DNA of 63,071 nt, counting the filler, from Lenisia limosa (lineage: Eukaryota; Protista; Breviatea): the NCBI GenBank assembly GCA_001655205.1. It is 13 parts of 13 records of this genome, joined end to end, with 100 filler letters (N's around TTAATTAATTAA, not from the genome) between each part and the next. Parts side by side here need not be neighbours in the genome. Positions count along the whole stretch, not along the records: positions 54,630 to 58,021 come from LPNZ01001394.1; positions 58,122 to 63,071 come from LPNZ01002544.1; 11 more parts are not named here. One strand, 5' to 3'. The notes beneath the pieces were generated by a model that ran no database searches, was not told the origin of the DNA, and saw only the letters and a program-made list of their open reading frames with translations. Within the stretch, counting starts at the first letter, position 1; every line of letters starts with the position of its first letter. Shown here in pieces: positions 54,630 to 63,071 of the stretch. The position numbers were made by a program, and so were the translations under genes.

Positions 54630-56323
54630 GCTAGGAACTTGGGGAGAGCGAGAGTGATTTTGAGGAACTGTGACAGACCCTCGTTGGGCCTGAATTGGTA
54701 GATCGACTGCGGGGGTAAAACGGAAGAAAATTTCGATGAAAATGGAAATTTATGAAACAAAGATACCCAACACTGTTTCCTCAGCATTTGAGAAACACAC
54801 AAGATAAACAACAAATAAAAACAAAAACATAAATACCAGGCAAGTCGCTTCTGCAGCACCGCACTCAATAAAATGGACAATTGATGACAAAAATAATAAA
54901 TAAAAAAGCCCAATTACCTCCCACCCACCTCCTTCACGACAATCTCAACCTGCACCACCAGGTCCTTTCCTTCGAACATATCCGCGTCGTTCTTATTGAG
55001 TCTAGACCTGGCATGGGCCTAGATGACCGTAAAACGAAGAAAATTTAGACAAAGAATACTGGCTTTAAGATATCACGAAACGAATAATCTGAAACTCCAA
55101 ACAACAACAACAAAAAACAAAAAAACAACAAGTGCAAAGATGAAATATGAATCCCCCCACGTTCAGCTGCGATTTGACGGCATCCAGGTCCTCCTCCATG
55201 AAGTTGTCCGGGGCCTTGATGAAGAGGTAGGGCATGAAGTTCTCAACAGAGAGACAGACACTGTTGCCGGTCTAAGGAGGTCATATGTCAATAGAGGTTG
55301 GAGAATTGGAATATTTATCTAGCATTACCTTGGGATTCTTATGAAAAAGCTGGGGTTACCATTATTACATGGGAATCCCATAATAATTATATGGAAATTT
55401 AAAGACGCCATGGGAATGCCAAGTCAATCCTAATTATAGCTCCTTGACACCTCCCTCCACCTCAGTGACGCCAAAAACGAGGATGTTGGGTTTACCATGG
55501 GTCATATCACCAAGCTCTACGTCGGTTTGAAGGAAATCTGAAGCGTGATGGAAAAGGCATTTTGGGGTAAAACAGGGGAAAATAAATAATCTTATAAACA
55601 TCACATTGAGACATGCTATTCGTATGGGTCTCATCTTTAGTCTTTACCACTATTTTGTGGCTTTGTTACCATAATATCATTTTTTTGGATCATTTTCACA
55701 CGCATCTGCTATCCATGAATGATCTTATAAATAGCAGATGCGTGTGAAAATAATCCAAAAGTGATATTATGGTAACAAAGCCACAATGGTAAAGACTAAA
55801 GATGGAACCCATACGGAACTTGTTGCGAGCATTCGACCGAAGCCATAACGTTTGTAGCGATACGGATAAAAGTATCAATTCCAATTACACACAAATGCTA
55901 GATATGATATCATCTATGATATTTCGAAATGGGGGAAAGCAAAAAGAGGTAGTTTCAACAAATACATCATACTTCATCTCTGTGTCAGATTTGAATCCTT
56001 ATGATTGTAATTAATGTATCGTCATATTGTGTATGGTCCTTTATATATTTGTTGTGTATCCTGACTTATATTTCATATAGCTACATCGTGACCGCGATAA
56101 GTCCTTAATAGCTCAAGATCCGTGTCAGGACTTATCGCGGCCAGTATATATCTATATATCTATATCTATATATCTATATCTATGATACATTACTATATGC
56201 ACATGATATATAGTGTAATATATCATACCATAGTTTATTTATTTCTTGATCCCAACACGCGGCATACCAAATTTGTCAGTTGAGGGGTCCACTGCTTCTG
56301 CAGCAGGACGCATCCATGGCTTC
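54630..56323 (-). CDS. POLD1: DNA polymerase delta catalytic subunit, N-terminal exons (partial)
   Basis: KPWMRPAAEAVDPSTDKF|FLQTDVELGDMTHGKPNILVFGVTE|TGNSVCLSVENFMPYLFIKAPDNF...LN|...VVQVEIVVKE|SIYQFRPNEGLSQFLKITLALPKFL, collinear with Pol delta. Confidence 0.9.
55621..55815. mobile_element. Foldback element of about 195 bp (family 3) in a POLD1 intron
   Basis: Arms of about 85 bp are near-perfect reverse complements around an 18-nt loop; arm fragments recur at about 22920 and 45445. Confidence 0.88.
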
Positions 56324-58579
56324 CTGGGGGGGGGGGTAAAAATGGACTACTTATGAAACAAAAAAAAAGCCCAGAATCAAGTCTCTTGGCTAGCATTTGC
56401 GAAAGACACAATGGATATTATCGATACGCTATGTTTATCGATATGCTATGTTTAATTTGCTCTGTATGTGATGGATACTATCAAAGAATCAGTGTAATTA
56501 ATTGAAATATTAATTCAAAAGTTGAAGTGAGACACTATAAGATTCGCTTTCGCTATAAGAAGCATAATTCCTTGTAATGATCAACATTTGCCCGCCAAAA
56601 TGAGTGCTACCCAAAAGAGAGGATCTCAACAAGTTCCGCCCGTTTTGTTGAGGAATCAAACCCAGTTAGGTTCTTCTCATGTTTAAATAGGATTGCTCTC
56701 TCATAATTCAAGTACTTGGGAAACGAGTGGGGTAGGGGGAAATGATCTTTAGTCTCAAGCGAAGATGATGGAAGAAACCCACACAAACCGTGTTTGGACT
56801 TCAGAAGTTGTTTGCATCATTTTGACGCAGTCCTTAGAGACGCGGGAGCAACGGAAGGAGAGAAGGCGTCACAGCTTTGGTCAAGTCCCTCGAGCAAGCA
56901 AATCTAACAACTTCTCAACAATGTCGTTTAAATAATATGAACAAAATAACAGAGCTATACACCCAAACAAAAGGAAAAAGACAATTCACAAAAATTTGAA
57001 ATAGCATTTGTTCCTGGGATAACGACCAACCATATCTTCCTTAACAGTTCCAGAATAGCTTTTCCATCGCCGTTTTTGCCGAATTAAAGAAGCTTGCTGA
57101 AATAAGATGGGAAAAAGAACACGGATTTGAGAAGCCGGCCGTTTTCAACTTGCGCATCGATCTCAAGGTCTGTACTGCCATTCTTTGCTGTTCTACTCAT
57201 GATGTGATAGCAGAAATAAACCATAGAAAGAAAAATGGCTTTATGGCAGTATGGCGAGATTGGGGGTATGATATCATGGAGTCTTGGCCGGATCTGCTAT
57301 CATGGGACGTGTATCACCAGTGTGTGTGGTGAATTAATATTACACTATAAGCGTGAGAGTGTGGACAGCTTCGGTCAAATACCAGCTTGTTTTCTATCAC
57401 ATCTATCACTATTTTCCAATGCTCACACACCAAATCATTTGCTTTACAATTCTGTGCAGCTTTTTGCGTGCCTCATAGGAGGAGAGTAGATTAGGAATGG
57501 TATCAGGGTACTCCCACATCGTGTGAAGTTAAATGGGACGGAACAATGATGACTCGGTTTAGTAACAACATACACTCATTACTTCTCTCTTTTGTCACAT
57601 ATACATACCTATTTATGTTTTTTTCTCCTACTTGTGTGAGTTTGCATTTTCTACGCTGTGAATCAAATCATACTTTTTTTCTCCGATCTAGGCGTAGTTT
57701 ATTTCTTCCAGCATCTCTGTCTACTATATTCTTTTTTTGGGTATTTGGGCTGGTGTTTTGGTCTTGAGATTTTCAACACAGGGAATCTAACATGGTTGTC
57801 CTCCTAACACTTCAAGGGAGGATTTGGGTTTCCTCTTTTTTGTGTTTTTCTGTTCTTCAGGCATAATGTGTACAAGTTAAAGCCTTTTCTGTGTAATCTT
57901 TTTGAACTTTGTTCAGTTAAATAATTATATGCTCAAATCAAAGAGATCTATATGATACAATAAAATTGTGTATACACCTCCTTCACCCCTCCCGCCGTTG
58001 GAGTGGTGGGATACGGTGCTGNNNNNNNNNNNNNNNNNNNNNNNNNNNNNNNNNNNNNNNNNNNNTTAATTAATTAANNNNNNNNNNNNNNNNNNNNNNN
58101 NNNNNNNNNNNNNNNNNNNNNCAAGCTGTCCGGGAGTTTTGATGTGTCCGGGAATTTTGAATGATGTCCGGAGCTTTGACTTTACATACATATATATTAG
58201 TGGGGTTGCGATTATTCACCTCTGACTTAGACATCATCATAAAAGCATCTTTACTCGTATACTTCAAACAATATACTGAGAAAAATTTCATCAAACATTA
58301 ACCACATCTAGTTCACTGCTAATTTTTCTTGTCAACAAAATACATTGGGACTTTATGCCGAATTGACTCTAAACGAGACCCTGCACTCTATCATGCCATT
58401 TGAACTGGTATTTGGGATTTTTTTGGTTTAGATCACTGGTGCAATTGGATAAGGTCAACACTTACTGATAATTTATATATGAATATTTCATTATAATTAT
58501 GGATTAGTATTATAACATTCTATTATTTGAAAATTTGAACTACAAACTATAACAAACAACTAGCATTTTTACATATTTC

Positions 58580-61500
58580 AGAGGGCTAGAGTAAATGGTG
58601 ACACAGCCAATTACTTCCAAACTAATACCGATGACGTAGTGACATTGTGGAATGGCTACGAACTTCCCGTGCGGAATACTTCGTGTTCAGGGTGAGGGGC
58701 TAGAACAACTGTGTCATTGTGTTGTTATGTTATTGTGTTATTGTGTTATTGTGTTATTGTGTTATTGTGTTATTGTGTTATTGTGTTATTGATTGTGTTA
58801 TTTGGAGCACTGTGGAAATTAATGCTCTGATAATAATGGATCATTTTGTATTTTATAACAATTATACAATATCTCTTCAAATTTCATATTTGACAAACAG
58901 CTAACACTTTCAACAGACGCAAAACAATTCTTACCATTGATCACTTCATGAGATTCAATTGGACTCAGGTGAGATAAGAATCTTGGTAGTTTTGTCTTTT
59001 ATTGTCAATCACGATCTCAATACGTTTAATTCCCAATTCTAATTTTCCTCTCACAGTATAACTTGACGGTTTACCAAAACGGTGCTCTTCAAACCACGGA
59101 AACCTCAGTTCCCCTATATATTCCTAAATATCCAACATTACTTAACGTATATCCTCTCCTCTGGGTGCCGGGCACAGAAGTAGGTGATGGTGCCGAGTGG
59201 GGTTTTGCTCGTGTCTTATCTCTGACATTCCTGAGAGTTAGAATTCTGAATTACTTGTATTTTATGCAAGAAATTACAATATTCATTTTGTTAAGTGAAA
59301 AAATTGGTCGTGAATTGTTTTAACAATACTATTTCTGTTGTTATTATGAATCACCTCAATCAACACTCCCAATAAACCTCACCTGATAATCCCTTTTAGG
59401 TTATGGTAGAACTTAAGGATATGAAATGGACACCAAATTTGTCATGCCGTGCACGTCAGACTGGCAGGAACAAATACTACGGGTCAATTGTAAGATGGGG
59501 GAGATAACCGTGAGTAATAACAGTCACAGTGATTAGTTTGGAAAGTAGTAGAGGAGATGCAATTGCTGATTTTACAAAAGGTAAAAAATTAACACATGTA
59601 TTATATATTAAAAAAACTACATACGCACCAGTAATATTGTTTTCTCACGAATATAAAGAATATTTGATATTATTTGCATTATTTAGTTTTGACTTGGTTC
59701 TCTTCTCCTTAGCCTTCTTTTTGCTTCACTTGTACATAAATTCATTAAAAATTCCTAGTATTTACCATTCTAGCATTCCATCCAACAGGTTAACGCGACG
59801 CATGGTGTCTTCACTGTCAGTGCCATTTCAAAGAAACAGAAATCGACGTACCTCTGCGCTTCAAACACTGGCTCTTACAGTGTAAGCACAATAATAATCT
59901 TGAACTCTGATATTTACCTGTATATATAATTGCGAAAGAGTTAAATAGTTAAACATATGTACATGAGTCATTTATTGTTGCTATCGATAACCTAATACTA
60001 TTCTTTCGGTCTACAAGTGATGGAGCCGATAGCGAAACAGATGCAGTCACAAAATTGTCTTCCCATCCAATTCCAAAAACCTCTTTCTTTGTAAATATGA
60101 TTATAACACTCCTCATACTTTATTCCCAATCATAACTTCTCAAGCTTGATGATCGAGACTGTTACTTTGAGGCAACGGCATTAGTAGGAGGATTCATTGC
60201 TGTATTGGTAAATTTGGGGATGAAATAATGATTACATTTGATAAGGCCCGATAAGCCGACGCAATTACCAAATTTCAATCATTTACATTCAATGATAGTA
60301 TACAAATCATGAACGTATCTGGATTTCTCATCTTACAGAACAAAATTCTTTTTGAATCAGCTCTTTATCTTCTGAAAGACTAAACAAAGCAGTATTCTCC
60401 AGGAATTGATTTTGTTGCTATTGCTCCTGACTCCACATTTATCAGTGAACCGGACACTACTTTGGTTAGGATCTGTTGTAATCTCATTTTTGAAAATGTT
60501 AAATTATAGTATTTTTATTGAAATCTGTCTTTCATGATTATCAACAGGTCTCAACGTAATATTGGAGGTCCATGGCTTACTTCCTGTATTATTATTTTTG
60601 TTACATTTCAGGTTGTCATTGCGAATGATGTGATAGATAGCCCTGCAACCCACTGCGCCTTCGGCAACATCCTCACACCTGCAACTTTTATATCCACTAT
60701 GGTGCGATAATGGTTGTATTGAATGACTGAGAGGTTGTATTGAATGACTGAGAGGTTGTATTGAATGACTGAGAGGTTGTATTGACTGGTTTGAAAAGAG
60801 TTGTTAATACCTTTTATTTGACTTTCACCAGGTCTTTGAATGTGCCATTCCATTTGCCGACACTCCGAAAATAGTCGATTTTGGAATTAAAATGCTAGAA
60901 AATGTGAGCAGTATGAGTTGCTGCATTTTTTCAATTGTAATTATTTTCAATAACGTGAATATATGTAAAATGACTGGGATAAGCCTTGAATGATTTGCTG
61001 ACTTCTTTTGTTCACTGTATGTTTATAATATTACATTTGGTACACATAAAATACGAAGACAAAATTGGCACTTAATTCAAAGGACCCTGAGATATTCACT
61101 ACATTCGAGTACTTGGGAGACTACTATGCTGAGATTGTATCTGCTTCACCAAACGTGACTTTAGCTTCAGTTCCTCTGGATCCAATACCCATTCTACAGG
61201 TTGGTTGACACGAATATAAATCATAATAACTGGGAAAACAGAGGACTATCGATAATCATCTTTTCAATCGTGTTACAAATTGTGGATTTAACGCTCCTTT
61301 AGATTATGACGAGACCCTCCAACATTTCATGGCCAGTTGAAGGCATCCAGTTCACAGCTTCTATTCTGCCAATTCCCCGAAGGTAGGATTGGGGCTATTC
61401 AAAACAGCATCAAACACCTGCCGTGTATTGACAGTCAATGATAATATTTTGATGATCACATACAAAATAAACAGACGAGCACAAAATGCATAAGTGTATC

Positions 61501-62160
61501 TATTTTGGTTCTTTACAACTTAGATCATCAGGACTAATTGCGACTTCTGATGCGAACGGTACCGTTTCTTTCAGCGACCTACGAGTAAGTTGTGTGGTAA
61601 TAATCAGTATTAACTACTGCTCAATTAGTAAAGTAATGTTTTGACATTTATTTTGTTTAGTTTGAAGGGTGGCAATTCACAGAGTACTTCATCACCATTG
61701 TGGCTTCTGAGGTCGAATGTGAAATTGTTATTGTGAGCTTTACTCTCATTTATTTTTGTAGCCCCTAATTATTACTCAGCAAACTACCACCATTTACCTT
61801 CTCCGCCATATAATAATAACCTTTAATGATTTTGTTTTCAAAGCCATTCTGCAAGACTGTTCATTTTTTAGGGTCCAATTTATGCCGCCCCTTGCAGCGA
61901 AATGATGGAGAATTCTGTTTATGTTTGCGAAATATTAACACATTTTTGCTTAAGTTTTGTAACCATTTTATTACTTTTGGACCATTTCTAAATTTGATAA
62001 TTTCAAACTCTTCTGTTATATTGTTGTTTATTGAGTAGGTTTTTGCTCTTGCGGTATATATTAACCACAGTAGTCAAGCTCCAGCTCCAGTAGTGACTGT
62101 CTTTGTAAAGAGGGCTTCTCATATAACCACCCAACTAGTCAGTGCTTTAGTTGTCCCATT
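58580..62160 (+). CDS. Large multi-exon, probably extracellular beta-sandwich protein (partial)
   Basis: Exons such as ARVNGDTANYFQTNTDDVVTLWNGYELPVRNTSC, YNLTVYQNGALQTTETS and VNATHGVFTVSAISK with many N-x-S/T sequons. Confidence 0.45.
58735..58795. repeat. Microsatellite (GTGTTATT)n
   Basis: About 7 tandem 8-bp units. Confidence 0.9.
60715..60788. repeat. Minisatellite, 21-bp unit x3
   Basis: gttgtattgaatgactgagag repeated. Confidence 0.85.
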
Positions 62161-63071
62161 GGAACTTTCAAAAGTGGGCGGATTAGGTGCTTGTATGTTT
62201 AACATCACATTATATGTTTCTCATTTGCTGCAATACAATCACTCATCGCATGATTTATTTTGCTTTGCACAAACGTCAGACATTTTTGAAAAACATGTCC
62301 CTTTGGGTAAAAAATAGTAATTGCCATGAGCCACCCGAATATTTAATGTATCTGTTTCTAATTCAAAACTGTGGTGTGTAGAAGAGATAATACACCAACA
62401 TAATTTTACAAGAACAAATAACTATAAAACATAATTCATAAGGCATAAAATATGTGATGGGTCAAAATGCGGATCAGTGGACAAAATGCGGATCAGTGGA
62501 CAAAATGCGNNNNNNNNNNGTGATGGGTCAAAATGCGGATCAGTGGACAAAATGCGGATCAGTGGACAAAATGCGGATCACTTTTTTTTGCGGTCACAAA
62601 ATTGGAGATAACCTTCCAATAATGTTCAGAAAATGCACATTTTTAACATCTGTTTTGAAATGTATAAACCCCATAAAAAAACAATATCAAGTTTCCTTAT
62701 AAGGCAAGTTGTAAGCTTATCTTTAATTTGGCGTTTTGATTGTACTTGCCTCATTATCTTAGCTTGAGACATTTATTTTTTTAGTATTTTCTTGTAATAA
62801 AACACAAGATCTTCANNNNNNNNNNNNNNNNNNNNNNNNNNNNNNNNGTTGCCTTTGTTCTTCTCAAGGCACATAACATTCAATAACAGTATGGAAATGG
62901 TTTCTAATAAGTTCTCTGCAAAGGCGAAGAAAGAAGCAGAGGCTTAATAGCGTGTTAAACGCCGTATTCAGAATTTTGAGAAGTTCTCAAAGCAAGAACA
63001 AGTGGATTCTCTCTCTAAGGAGGCGTCATCTCTAAGTGTAACGTTTTCTCAGCGCTCCCTTTCCTACGCTC

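Noticed and set aside
56285-56315. GCTGCAGAAGC match to the intron-end repeat
   Set aside because: Here it is coding POLD1 sequence (RPAAEAVDP); chance similarity.
52043-56323. Viral-like scaffold lying next to a family-B DNA polymerase (POLD1)
   Set aside because: They are separated by an artificial linker, and the polymerase is the intron-containing host Pol delta, not a protein-primed PolB.

Overview
This is a fragmented, intron-rich draft genome of a unicellular eukaryote. The species cannot be identified from sequence; the genetic code is standard and a mitochondrial carrier is present. The window is not contiguous: twelve artificial 100-nt linkers (44 N + TTAATTAATTAA + 44 N) join 13 unrelated scaffolds, so gene order across linkers means nothing. 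Host scaffolds carry partial multi-exon genes (PHD/C5HCH chromatin protein, ABHD17-like hydrolase, CCDC25, SLC25A11-like carrier, MFSD13A/TMEM180, POLD1, plus LRR, ankyrin, EGF, kinase-like and secreted proteins), a tRNA-Arg(ACG) and two dispersed 5S rRNA genes. The introns are dense with short palindromic repeats: a TA-flanked MITE of about 80-100 bp (about 20 copies), further foldback families, and a repeat whose C-rich end coincides with splice sites (introner-like). One scaffold (52143-54529) is intronless and very AT-rich. It encodes an adenain-type (Polinton/virophage) cysteine protease, a multi-CxxC zinc-ribbon protein and a probable GIY-YIG fragment, separated by about 162-bp palindrome-bearing tandem repeats, and looks like a piece of a Polinton-like virus or virophage. 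All alignments and motif calls were made by eye; no database searches were run.
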